Assembly: GCA_044892525.1 (NCBI GenBank)
Contig: CM097885.1
Coordinates: 46,440,001-46,504,000, forward strand
DNA: 64,000 nucleotides
Source of the DNA: Schmidtea polychroa
Lineage: Eukaryota
Direction of reading: 5' to 3'
A program made the translations under genes and the position numbers. The notes under the pieces were generated by a model, which saw only the letters and a list, made by a program, of their open reading frames with translations, was not told the origin of the DNA and ran no database searches. Shown here one piece after another: positions 36,901 through 43,550 of this stretch (positions are counted from its first letter, which is position 1; each line of letters opens with the position of its first letter).

Positions 36901-37427
36901 TAAACATACCATGGATACCCCGAGATCAAGAAGGGGGAGAGAAACGGGAAAATCACAGTCACCTAACAGAAAAAGAGAAGGAACGATTACATCAAGCATT
37001 CAAGAAAATCAAAGCACCAGAAACAAATACCACAGGTAGTACAATATTAACGACAGAAAAAACAAATAATGGAACAACGATCATCACAAAGATGATATGG
37101 ATAACTAGCGCGATAGTAAGCACGATAATAGCGTTAGCAATGATTCAGTGGATAAGAACCACCAAAAGATGTAAACAAAAACCGAGAAACCAAAGAAAAT
37201 GGCCCAAAGTGGAAAAATTTGAATACGGTATTCCAACAGAGAATCTGAATCTAGAAGAATACGAGGTGGTAGAGGATCCCGGATCCAGCGGATTGTGGAT
37301 GTCGGAACTACCAAGAATACCCACACCGAACGAATGGACACACGAAGTCGATATATACCGAATAACGGACGAAAGATATGGGGGAATGCGCACGCTGCAT
37401 TCCGGCCCCATGGCGACACTGGTATAA
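24762..37427 (+). CDS. pol: 4221-aa polyprotein: Ubl-like x3, TRAF/MATH, Bcl-2-like, env glycoprotein, protease, RT, RNase H, integrase, ankyrin repeats, second membrane protein
   Basis: PR AMIDTGA (~31200); RT YIDD (32427-32438); RNase H ATDAS...EREALA...TDHQPL; IN H..GH..CLIC, MDVVGP, TDQG, TERFN and GPY; MATH at 26592-27035; ankyrin at ~34960-35240. Confidence 0.93.
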   Translation: MSSEEKIQLIKEFTKEEKERRQKRDESKDEPKSNEIVTKNRIQRVLLQKIEDRIKNENPTLTEEQIKEKVKEHWFRKNEWFEKKEPHTKAKINMLRQMRSDQTDQEDEKSEVSSLGGELFQSSEENNEPKTPPNSETPQSSEESENDDMKSMIEKDEEEIFEEILDTVTEIERNESYINELTYRKCLKFITQVYQCEGGIITAAWKDLATKYKEKLKEAGPDQYQVSIQHPEIQIQTIELKGTNTDELYNWVQEKMGTSHKNKQLYVDGYKVKIGIHLVDAMIWPNETNILTLEKTRDDDSVAEMFKKIQQVFNNEVEPELEKIERKIMKENQIILVKQAIDQTRKYINRLRERWPQLMKQFVKDVRDTEIMRFEDKRATELISKYGEYERTKCEHETIKIKVKLPNEEKQIIEVNPDCQVDELVQIIDQEIIQKARENSEDGMIEDVIIMYNRHMLERGDRTVIYELGIWEDGAVINIIAMDEPSGGHKNATKTEQQIKRFQWGMRAKMDRIIDIYNHWLKDDKLKLAAFNDEDCKLIPWKKVWIESEARWDWEQQKLEPNWIDNIPEEIAAVWVREKPIDTYQDILPQEFQNELPSGEDEEIREPVRLAPFTWKIENWMEKIKSAKEEKITRLVSPPFYSGLGEYKMKLRIYPNGDGIGKGNYVSAFFVICKGNYDDKVPWPFSRKVTIAIEPLKDSLNMHKETLKPDPRSACYQRPTTSENIASGTPKLIRLSYIENEQSKFVKNNAIQIRVEVETEQEMNQRLNIPENQPRICMMRRRVSDSGHLPIDADADEEEAATLLEAQKCKELMEILQNGAKNRRRAVVELAKWIAESCKRIQNLRKIVKAIEEYRRVYVWYPEQFGEIIRKWKQQEWAENSPEKYQLKIFMPDFEPMEKEFYTTAKVREVKKRIPYELPFHLQHEGRSLDDDIEIGVTPLQGEIVNRLTVSKIAGRELRRREIKQKSSTQQPGSLDTPEVPNAVSEVTIETTGEDEILDELQEIVEAGEIMRASQSGDLFIDEGELTTDDLDGFVCAQRQPVETTEAETDLDNVERDANKDVTTTDEWSNWRVDPGATTSKDTTYNPPKRKETGTAMDRRTRGRPKTDKAEIEPKSKVQAQMEQVKTKMDKLSALVKQVKVKTSVREQGTRWINDLLANMLALANPDVKRVMRKDNIPTEAKQLWAVLKPIIMKITDNKIRLTLKDPVELRLIVEHLLTRSEDQNRYLVGLAYLVYNVIGQYKKRMPKYNATGYEFTVTEIIKRSIEPYILEQGGWRNFIESTGKKDQTEMMQAKLRDLLTEFEGTINMNDPRASRKGMNAIITTILIWMMCIKGTESFAVYDCDNIKIHEKYSLKDTEDCKAANPRKLQTVMASVSYNVYQEADFIKTMVQECTVTRKIFAHHCGSSSHSTIIEPGLESTVILLSREECEEGFRSGRIHLRQGIEIAAEPGKIKTTRVYTAGRITKGDGTCETGTYTLNGQLVSGVVVIESYEAKLEKYQGYFDPDTQAMKKYPSCLASDRSCSTGMSTLVYHADQKVCRLMLLKTAIFEEIQGKVYSEPKGEAERRAMEELRARKGFREDVITSKLESEVTPTAIISKDDGIGMRFIKNKMVSKCDEMVISTNYKGIYLSRRTLANAVGRLSEKDVKLYLYANNKMDFLYHRGLTSTEKVYHDLLRNDCLLNKEILRTKLAMAITNPDNAIPLLPLQEGYFGRIVGEVMYTYQCKKIMARLPENPTIPRDKCANELEIIHEGKPRFVQAVTRIMNPVGFQPNLFNCSNAYGPMYEKEDGQWVQFPSKTIVVTPKKFGLTELTTELEFKPIDVSQSGLYTPKDLESARAHMLFPAHRQAILSNIVTISGGNNYGESPNYELLLSPSHYQQATANMMKAMWGRLLVFGQMMAGILGIILIIQIVRVILTQMLACFDIYKRERKVNWKLAIGFLPFLAKTMVLHGHSKDIHRIKRLLKILTQMKGTDEEVGRKFKVIMRLEAERTQEKAKRTGKWKKWMNLRRDDDSDNDNDDFNDDDNNQGGAMLINKNTATWENEKMKPWGSPYSQTPYLQAPTNGPMRRPGTMRERIRMGTGRLPIPNIYPTAYEPNWAAMDPTMIKQAKSVEQEVETRTIAVLQTPAGPSLTIKVEVNGIEMDAMIDTGANISAINMNMLPGRLWPCIEETTMDVITCSKQSIAVVGRVWSTIEYKGVKVTTYLAVIRQLSVSCIIGTDVMPELLKEIVIDLSSMKLKDKTGQICTMRTEVRCSEKMIIPARTQTICYVKVDNEAKGDMIFEPSQKFEKRRELPLAREIVSINEDNEIPINITNFDEEDKVIYENERLGKLTPMMNIELPEIKSEGADEKELWTIDSELLNKDEKEQLRQLLIEFKDIFAASDLDLGTSDVTQHIIPLTDETPITLRPYRLAEAQKTVAEEEVQKMLDAGVIEPSCSPWQFPVVMVKKKDGTQRFCIDYRRLNAVTKRDTYPLPDINEMLQMLHGAAYFTSLDLKSGYWQIKVKEEDREKTAFTIGKDLYQFKKMPFGLTNAPASFQRCMNFVTHGIKQCMVYIDDLLIYSGTFEQHLIDIRNVFIRLKQWKLKLKPSKCDWAKERVTFLGHIVSAKGKEPDPRNVEKIKNCPIPKTVTQVQEFLGLCGYYRKFIKNYATIAKPIQELTKKDTPFLWEREQQIAFESLRDKLIASPILIHPDFKKPFLLATDASGYASGAVLGQWDEEKRERVIGYYSKTFKKHEKNYSVTEREALAIIQAIKHFKYLLWGHEIIITTDHQPLVWLGQHKEASSRLMRWAMQLQEYSPYIKFKSGKANANADCMSRFVFEELMDHDVRRICLIIAEDIDFTNLKNEQKEDNELKLIIEFLEKNDMKIFNNDDRLKEHMEKNRHRYTIEKGWLLVMDGDKRLMCLPESRRKEIMIQYHDGKLGGHMSAKKTEARLKQKYYWPNMSDDVKEWIKNCLICATRKTTGSKLKPPLKPMPIPPEPMTMIAMDVVGPLPETNSGNVYILVITDYLTKFPEAFAMPDQKARTVARILVEEICCRYGTPKQILTDQGTNFMSEIINEVTNYFRIAKLRTSPYHPQTNGQTERFNGILIDMMSNYVSKHQKDWDEYIKLCLMAYRMSIHSATKMSPFKLMYGRECNMPMDLEYQPPISQYMEIDDYVTKFKERMQEIWKTAGMNIRFNQESYKELHDKKKNVQNHQFKIGDWVIIETPELIPGTAKKLQRNGRGPYEIIYVNENNARVKLVNNPLIRPIYVNTCRCKAVAKTATKDPETRRIITRSQTNATTEPEVSGRLTRSQTRRIFMLRGETSSSAHKGTEAESEADAMARSQATWNMTIKIAREIVPEWADITNKYQVLGKLMLVAERYAKGRRYAEGLQIPTQIYELIRRLPIMFLTSDLSNNWPIHHAVKAGQEKRALEIIRIMENCKQSTNVKNSKGKTPLMKAIAIGASRDVLRELLRTGSTLKEKDNKQRTVLRYAVRSKRPSIVNFITGNATTEEAEVLGQSIEPILEAIRGNLDRTAAILIKWKQNELRAEVIDINQFQNNENIVLRSAIYSRPPMPKTIKAILQRNRTELTGNWWKCTKTHAMKKQLEILVWEWHRKQRKYQGTKEERESIHNDKKEIIKKYEEMIKAANVEDDIFRKTPGERNDDDDDDERMGDNDNNPEENDREQNPEGGETTSDDEELEEDEEDQCRGEDQGFDKTENKKRKSPLHSIVCRNQIQPILLQRIFIILTSICLTETKNIRIVREASQEGEAFMIKVSDYDGNAVGICVQLMEGTGVSCDFRSITKGKIFSSQKRDPRLCGDYDICRDISTEEMELERANETGVHFQLNILEEGIEIEDKGSRSITHVCIREDRDICIITDMTQDHKFFWGEVKPNTPTVVCAGTQGIVVCKGTRTAPRKDKPKSMAMKQDPLRGIATKKPNKSVSTKTTTEQNQTELITTTTWINEVIKDERREVQITINLNKKGEEVITVKNQEGEPIIRICVMDKTGIIDCTTTPIDKGTDVKMETGKRKERYQVCILKKGRGTSVCQPITRQKPQLINIPWIPRDQEGGEKRENHSHLTEKEKERLHQAFKKIKAPETNTTGSTILTTEKTNNGTTIITKMIWITSAIVSTIIALAMIQWIRTTKRCKQKPRNQRKWPKVEKFEYGIPTENLNLEEYEVVEDPGSSGLWMSELPRIPTPNEWTHEVDIYRITDERYGGMRTLHSGPMATLV

Positions 37428-37575
37428 CGAGAGGAGGAGTTGTTGTAAATAATGTATAAATGAAATGATAAAAGTAGTGATAATAGTAGTGGTATGTACA
37501 AAATAAAAGTAGTAAATTAAAACAATATGTAGAAAAATCAAAAACAAGTATGATGACCATGTATTATAAATAGGA

Positions 37576-38031
37576 ATGAACCAGAGAAACGAAGAGCAAG
37601 AACACCCAAATGGGATACCACATGTTGTTGAAGTAAGAGAACAGCCGCTTATGAATGTACATCCAGTAGACATGATGGAAATGAACGTGCCAAACCAGCC
37701 GAGTCAGCCAACAGGATCCATGTGGAGGGCACAGTGTGAATTAATGACCCAATTGACAAATCAGACTCAAGAGCACTGGGTACGAAACCAAACGGCGTTG
37801 ATAGAGAGTATTAATAGAAACGCAATATATATTACAAAAATAGAGGAACAACACCAAATAATCGCGCAACTAGAGTATAATAACAATCAGTTAATAAGCC
37901 AAATCAGATGGCAAGCGGAAGAAATTAGAAGGTTGCATGAAAATCGACAACATGATGATATTACCAGTTTAGTCGAGTGGATGACCGGGTTACCAGGAAC
38001 AGGGGAACCGGACTCGACGGTAGATGTGTAG
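37576..38031 (+). CDS. Accessory coiled-coil protein (151 aa), unknown function
   Basis: Intact same-strand ORF in the accessory array, with the shared spacer motifs on both sides. Confidence 0.7.
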   Translation: MNQRNEEQEHPNGIPHVVEVREQPLMNVHPVDMMEMNVPNQPSQPTGSMWRAQCELMTQLTNQTQEHWVRNQTALIESINRNAIYITKIEEQHQIIAQLEYNNNQLISQIRWQAEEIRRLHENRQHDDITSLVEWMTGLPGTGEPDSTVDV

Positions 38032-38120
38032 GAGAAAAAGGAGTGAAATGTAAATAATCCTGTAAATAAATAGAGTTATAATCAAGTAGAAATCCCAAGA
38101 TTAAAAATCATCATTGTAGA

Positions 38121-39545
38121 ATGCAAAACAAAGCAGAGGAAAACCGGAGAGAAGCAGAGGAACAAAAGATTAACTATGAGTTGATGAGAAAATACCAAGC
38201 CGAGCCGGACGAGTTCGAAGAGAGATTATTATGTGCCGATACAGCATGTAGAAGATTATTAATTGGAGCAAGTCAAACTCGATGCGGGTGTAGATTGTGC
38301 CGAGGGTGTGATATAAGATTAGCCAGACTAAAGCGAGAAACTTGTCCAGGATGTGGAGAAGCATTTAAGTTGGTTCCCACTGGTACGATACCGGATAGAG
38401 CAATGAACCGAGAAATCAGAGAAGTGAAAATAAGATGCACCCAAAGGTCATGCGAATGGACAGGCCGAGTAAAGGAGTTAAGAGCCCATACAGACGTATG
38501 CGAATATCTAGAATCGGAATGCGAAGCATGCACGGTAAAGTTTTTACGAAAAGAGAAAACCAAACATAAAGGGGAATGCAAAGCGCGAACGGAAAAATGC
38601 GAATTTTGCGGAGAAACTGCTAATTGGAGAGAAATCGAAATGGAACATCGAAACGCAGTAGAAAGACGGATTTGCGACGAATATACAGGGAAATGCCCAA
38701 ACGAGTGTGGAGAAATTAACAACGTCAGATTAAATGAACATTGGGAGATATGCACGAGAAAAGCAATAAAATGCCCAATGGTGACATTCGACTGTAGAGC
38801 ACAATTACCAGCAGAAGAAATGAAGAAGCATGTGGAGGAGAATACATTCGAGCACATGCAAAAGATGATGAGAGCAATAGAGTTAACAGCAAGAGCAATT
38901 GAAGACGTCAAAGACGAACTCAAATCACATAAAATCATGATAAAAGAAATGCTGAGCTCACAGGAAAGCTTCGAAAATACGAGAGAAGCCGTAACACAAA
39001 GGATGTTGAAATTAGACGACAAATTAGTCGAAGTAACTAAATTACAAACCAAATGGACTACAAGGGAACTGACAACAGAGGAACTACCAATACTACCATA
39101 CATGTGGAAAATCCAAGGAATAACGGAAATAATGGAGCAAGCAAAGCAAGGAATCCAGACAACGATAGTGAGCAAACCATTCTACGCCAAGAAACATGGA
39201 TACAAGATGAAATTGAGATGGTTTCCAAATGGTGAAGGAAAGTTTAAAGATCGGTGCATGTCCATATATATGCAAATTTGTAAAGGAGATTTTGACGACC
39301 TAATAGCATGGCCATTCCGACATCGATTAAAAATATCTCTCTTAGGAGCAAAAAAGACACATATAATGTGTTTTCGAGCATCCAGTCCAGCAGGGAATAA
39401 ACCGATTACAGAGGTTAATCCTGCGGTAGGAGTAGCAGAGTTTATGCAGCTATACCAATTTAACGAAGGGTCCTACATAGAAAAGGACACTATATTCTTC
39501 CTAATCGAACTAGATGAGGAAGGACCAACAATAGAAATACGATAG
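38121..39545 (+). CDS. Full-length TRAF-family protein (RING-like, TRAF zinc fingers, coiled coil, MATH)
   Basis: C..ACRRLL...QTRCGCRLCRGC...CPGC; DRAMNREI..VKIRC...CEWTG..KEL.AH..VC; YMWKI...SKPFY....GYKMKLR.FPNG.G...MSIY..ICKGDFDDL..WPF. Confidence 0.92.
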   Translation: MQNKAEENRREAEEQKINYELMRKYQAEPDEFEERLLCADTACRRLLIGASQTRCGCRLCRGCDIRLARLKRETCPGCGEAFKLVPTGTIPDRAMNREIREVKIRCTQRSCEWTGRVKELRAHTDVCEYLESECEACTVKFLRKEKTKHKGECKARTEKCEFCGETANWREIEMEHRNAVERRICDEYTGKCPNECGEINNVRLNEHWEICTRKAIKCPMVTFDCRAQLPAEEMKKHVEENTFEHMQKMMRAIELTARAIEDVKDELKSHKIMIKEMLSSQESFENTREAVTQRMLKLDDKLVEVTKLQTKWTTRELTTEELPILPYMWKIQGITEIMEQAKQGIQTTIVSKPFYAKKHGYKMKLRWFPNGEGKFKDRCMSIYMQICKGDFDDLIAWPFRHRLKISLLGAKKTHIMCFRASSPAGNKPITEVNPAVGVAEFMQLYQFNEGSYIEKDTIFFLIELDEEGPTIEIR

Positions 39546-39685
39546 ACGGATAGAAGGGAACTGTAAATATTTTGTAAAAACGATGTAAAGTAAATATAAA
39601 GTTATTGTATACAGTAAAGTAACGTGCCAAAACCATAAAAATTAGAAAAAGAAAATGTAAAAAGAAATGATGAAATTTATTATAG

Positions 39686-40864
39686 ATGATTAATCAAGAG
39701 AGACCGAATATCCGAAAGAAAACGATCACAATGAGAGAGGAAGAGGACAATATGTCACCTAGAGAAAGAGTGAAGGATGCGGAAGTCAGCAAAACAAAAC
39801 CAAGTAGTTACGCATATTATCGGAGAATGGGAAACGATTATAATTGGGTACACGAAAATTTGAAACTGGGAAATAATGAACAATTCAGATGTGAGAACCA
39901 GAGATATCTGTCATTTGAACATCAGACCATTTTTACCAAGGAACAAAGCCGAGCGCTAGCACGCGACGGATTTTTCTTCTCTGGAAAACCAGAGATACCC
40001 GATCAAGTAACATGTCGTTTCTGTAAAGGGAAATTAGCAGAATGGAAAAAAGGAGAACACCCAAAGGAGGAACATCGTAGACGATTCCCAACTTGTCTAT
40101 TCGTACTGGGATTTGATGTACACAACAAACCGGAAATCAAATACGAAGCCTTGGAGAAATTGAAAACTGAAGACGAAAAAGGAGGGAAAATGAGCATCGC
40201 GATAACCAGAATCGTTGATGAGTATGTTCCAACTTGTGAAGGGGAATTCCTCACGCAAATAGCAGATAATAGAATGAAAACGTTCGGAGATGATACGAGA
40301 GGACCTGAATTAGCAATAAGAGGGTTCTACCTAACAGAAAATCAAATACTAAAGTGTGAAAGATGCGAAAGCCAACAGAGATTACCGGAAGAAGGCATAC
40401 CAGAAATTAGACATCAAGCATGGTGCCTATATCACAACGAACAAGAAACCGAATATCCGGAAGTACTAGTAACAGAGGAAGAGGTTGACGAAGTGGTAGA
40501 CAAACCCAACATGTGCAGAGCGTTGAAAGCAGCCGGAATAGGCACGACAAGGGCAAAGAACATGATTAGAGAGAAACTACAGAAAAATGTACATATACCA
40601 ACAACAACGTACGATATGATCAGAGCGATAACCCAGTATAGAGAAAAACCTGAAACAAAAATAAAAGAAGAATCAATGGTCAAAACAGCTATCTTACGAG
40701 ATATCAAATGTACTATGTGTTGGGAGAGGAGTGTAGAAGTTATTCATATGCCATGCGGACATTTGATCGCATGTGCCACATGTAGTAGAAAAGTAAAGGA
40801 ATGTCCGATGTGCAGACAGAGGATTGCGCAGCGAATCAAAGGATTCCGCTACGCCGATCAATAA
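39686..40864 (+). CDS. Inhibitor-of-apoptosis (IAP) protein: BIR, degenerate second BIR, C-terminal RING
   Basis: RYLSF...LARDGFFFSG....DQVTCRFCKGKLAEWKKGEHPKEEHRRRFPTCLFV is a canonical BIR; CTMCWERSVEVIHMPCGHLIACATCSRKVKECPMCR is a RING. Confidence 0.93.
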   Translation: MINQERPNIRKKTITMREEEDNMSPRERVKDAEVSKTKPSSYAYYRRMGNDYNWVHENLKLGNNEQFRCENQRYLSFEHQTIFTKEQSRALARDGFFFSGKPEIPDQVTCRFCKGKLAEWKKGEHPKEEHRRRFPTCLFVLGFDVHNKPEIKYEALEKLKTEDEKGGKMSIAITRIVDEYVPTCEGEFLTQIADNRMKTFGDDTRGPELAIRGFYLTENQILKCERCESQQRLPEEGIPEIRHQAWCLYHNEQETEYPEVLVTEEEVDEVVDKPNMCRALKAAGIGTTRAKNMIREKLQKNVHIPTTTYDMIRAITQYREKPETKIKEESMVKTAILRDIKCTMCWERSVEVIHMPCGHLIACATCSRKVKECPMCRQRIAQRIKGFRYADQ

Positions 40865-40946
40865 CAAAAATTAAAATTCCGTGTATAAAGTGTAGATAAT
40901 AAATGTATGAAATAATAGTGGTAGTAATAGTGTAATTATTTAGACA

Positions 40947-42545
40947 ATGAATAAAGAATCACAAACCTATGTGGAAACCGAGATGCAACAACTCGAACAG
41001 TACAAATCCATCATACAAACATACGAAGCAGAAAGAGTAAAGAGAGAAATAGAAATGTACAAAACCATGTATGAGAAAAAGCAACAAGAATTAGAAGCGG
41101 AGAAGGCGGAAGCACTAGCAACAAAGGAGGAGTGGATGAAACAGGTAGAGGAATTAACCGAGGATGTGAGAAATACCTCAACATACCAAGAATTGGAGGA
41201 AGAGCTCTCGAATTTACGAACTCAGCGGATTATGGAGATAGTTGGGTTATGCGGAGAGATAATAATGCAGAAGGCACAAATTAGGGAAGCAAAGGAGCAA
41301 TACGAGGAGGAACAGCGTAAAACGGAACGAATAAAACTACAAGCGCAACAATGGAAACTAAAGTACGAAACCCTCCAGACAAGGCAGAATGATAGTCACG
41401 AACATCAAATACGGAATTACAAGGCCGAACTAGAAGAAGTAAAGGGCAAATGCGCAATGATGAAAGAAAAATGGGAAAGATGCAAAAAGACCCTAAACGA
41501 AGTCAGAGGGCAAGGGAGGAGAACACCGCATAGAGAACCAATTGTTAGAGATAACGTATTAGAGCGAATTAACACACAAATAAAGATACAAGCCCAGAAA
41601 TGGAAGTATAAATACCTAGGAAGTCAAACTCAAGTGCTCTATTGGAAAATCAGTAGCAAGGAACAACTGCGATTACGAAAAGCAGACCAAGAATTTTACG
41701 AAACAAGAGCTGCACAGCGAGAAGAAGAGGAAGTAGAGTGGAGAAAACGACAGCAGAAAACTGAGGAAACCGAAAAGTGTCTCAAGCATCAAGCCCGAAA
41801 ATGGAAAAAGAATTGGAAAGAGACCAAAGAGGAGTTAAGACAGTTACCAATAAAACTGATGGAAAGAGACGAATTTAAAATATGGGAAACGATAGAAAAC
41901 CAAAAAGATGAGATCAGCCGATTGAGTAGAGAACATAGAATCAAGACGCGGATCAGCGACGGTAGACAGAGAATCATAAAGAAACAGACTCGAGAAATAA
42001 GAAGGTATGAATTCCAGGAAAAGAGATGGGAACAACAATTGACAGACCAAGATCGACAGATCCGACAATTACAAACCGAAGTGGAAGAAGCCAATCAAGA
42101 GATGAACGGATATAAAGGTATGTACACCCAAAGGGATGTGAATTGGAAGCACCAGATTGAGCTTAATGCGAAATATAGAGAGGAGTGCGACAAGATAATT
42201 CAACAAACCAAACAGGAAACCGAGATAATAAAACGATGCTTCGAAGAAAATGAAGCAAATTTGAGAGCGGAAATTGAGAAACTAAAAACGCTCGAAAGAA
42301 CCCAACGATTGGAAGAGGAATTAAACGAAATGATAGAAAACGAAGGTAGATTAACGTTTTTATTGGATGAGGAAATAAACATCTCAACGGAACTACGAGA
42401 GGAAATAGATCGGTTAAGGAGACAACCACCAATATTATTAATGCCACTCTACCCGTTCCCGTTGCAAGTGCCACAGCCTGCCGAAGTCACCACAGATGAA
42501 GGCTTCGATGAAAATAACGAACAAAATAACGCAACATGGATTTAG
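40947..42545 (+). CDS. Long coiled-coil accessory protein (532 aa)
   Basis: Intact E/K/Q/R-rich heptad ORF with internal repeat K.QA.(Q/K)WK.(K/N)(Y/W) three times. Confidence 0.75.
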   Translation: MNKESQTYVETEMQQLEQYKSIIQTYEAERVKREIEMYKTMYEKKQQELEAEKAEALATKEEWMKQVEELTEDVRNTSTYQELEEELSNLRTQRIMEIVGLCGEIIMQKAQIREAKEQYEEEQRKTERIKLQAQQWKLKYETLQTRQNDSHEHQIRNYKAELEEVKGKCAMMKEKWERCKKTLNEVRGQGRRTPHREPIVRDNVLERINTQIKIQAQKWKYKYLGSQTQVLYWKISSKEQLRLRKADQEFYETRAAQREEEEVEWRKRQQKTEETEKCLKHQARKWKKNWKETKEELRQLPIKLMERDEFKIWETIENQKDEISRLSREHRIKTRISDGRQRIIKKQTREIRRYEFQEKRWEQQLTDQDRQIRQLQTEVEEANQEMNGYKGMYTQRDVNWKHQIELNAKYREECDKIIQQTKQETEIIKRCFEENEANLRAEIEKLKTLERTQRLEEELNEMIENEGRLTFLLDEEINISTELREEIDRLRRQPPILLMPLYPFPLQVPQPAEVTTDEGFDENNEQNNATWI

Positions 42546-42577
42546 TCGAAGGGAGATGTTGCCTGTAAATAAGAATG

Positions 42578-42614
<37 letters not shown>
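42578..42614 (+). repeat. A37 homopolymer in an intergenic spacer
   Basis: Directly visible after TGTAAATAAGAATG. Confidence 0.9.
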
Positions 42615-42615
<1 letters not shown>

Positions 42616-42688
42616 ATAAAACCAAAACCAAATAAAAATTACAAAACCAAAAAATTCAGAATAAAAAGAAGACAAAAGGAAATATGAT

Positions 42689-43474
42689 ATGTATATTTTT
42701 GTAGATATGAATTATTTAAAAGAAAGAGAATCAACGAGTAACGAAGGAAAGTCAAACGACCAACCTGAACAAAACCAAGATATGATACCAATCAAACAAG
42801 AACCGATGAAATATTATAGCAATAAATGGAGAGTCAGCAAGAAGTTGTTCAAATTAAAGATTGCAAATCAAAATGTAGAGATTACGAGATTGAGGCAGCA
42901 TATTGTTCAATCAAGACGATTAATAAACACTGTCAAGCAAGAAATTTTGAGGGAAATAAAGGAATCGAAACGAAAAGAGACAGAAAATAAAAACCTGAGA
43001 CAAGAGATAGTAGAGTTGAGAGCTCAGGCAGTAATCGAAGATTATTGGAAATCAGAAACAAGGAAGTTGAAAAAGATTGTGAATATCGACCAAGTCTATA
43101 TCGAGCAGTTAGAAGCACAATATGCTTATGCAAAAACAAGAGTGCGAGAAAGTAAAAAAGTCGAGAAGAGAAATGTAAAACTCAAGGAAGAGATCAAGGA
43201 ACAAAGAGAGGAAACAGAAAAACAATGGAAGTTGAAAGAAAATTACCGGAGAATCTTAAATCAAAAACGACGAAGCATGCAAGCATTGCAGACGGCAATA
43301 ACCATCAAACAGAGAAAATGGAAAAGTAAAGAGAAGCAATTACAAGAAATACCAGAATTAAAGAGACAGTTGATAGCAACGCAACTCGAAGTAATAAGAA
43401 TGAACGAGTTGAGCAAAAGACGAGCACCTGAACCTCCCGTAAAATTAAGGGATGAGGTCGGTGGCTCCCAATAA
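42689..43474 (+). CDS. Basic coiled-coil accessory protein (likely start ATG 42707)
   Basis: Intact ORF; second ATG follows TTTTTGTAG-AT, like the other accessory ORFs. Confidence 0.7.
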   Translation: MYIFVDMNYLKERESTSNEGKSNDQPEQNQDMIPIKQEPMKYYSNKWRVSKKLFKLKIANQNVEITRLRQHIVQSRRLINTVKQEILREIKESKRKETENKNLRQEIVELRAQAVIEDYWKSETRKLKKIVNIDQVYIEQLEAQYAYAKTRVRESKKVEKRNVKLKEEIKEQREETEKQWKLKENYRRILNQKRRSMQALQTAITIKQRKWKSKEKQLQEIPELKRQLIATQLEVIRMNELSKRRAPEPPVKLRDEVGGSQ

Positions 43475-43550
43475 ATGAGACAAAATAACCGTGTAAATAA
43501 ATTGTAAATAAAGCCAAGTAATTATTATTAACATATATGTATATGTAAAG

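Noticed and set aside
42487..42687. Poly-Lys and poly-Phe ORFs
   Set aside because: Translations of the A37 tract.
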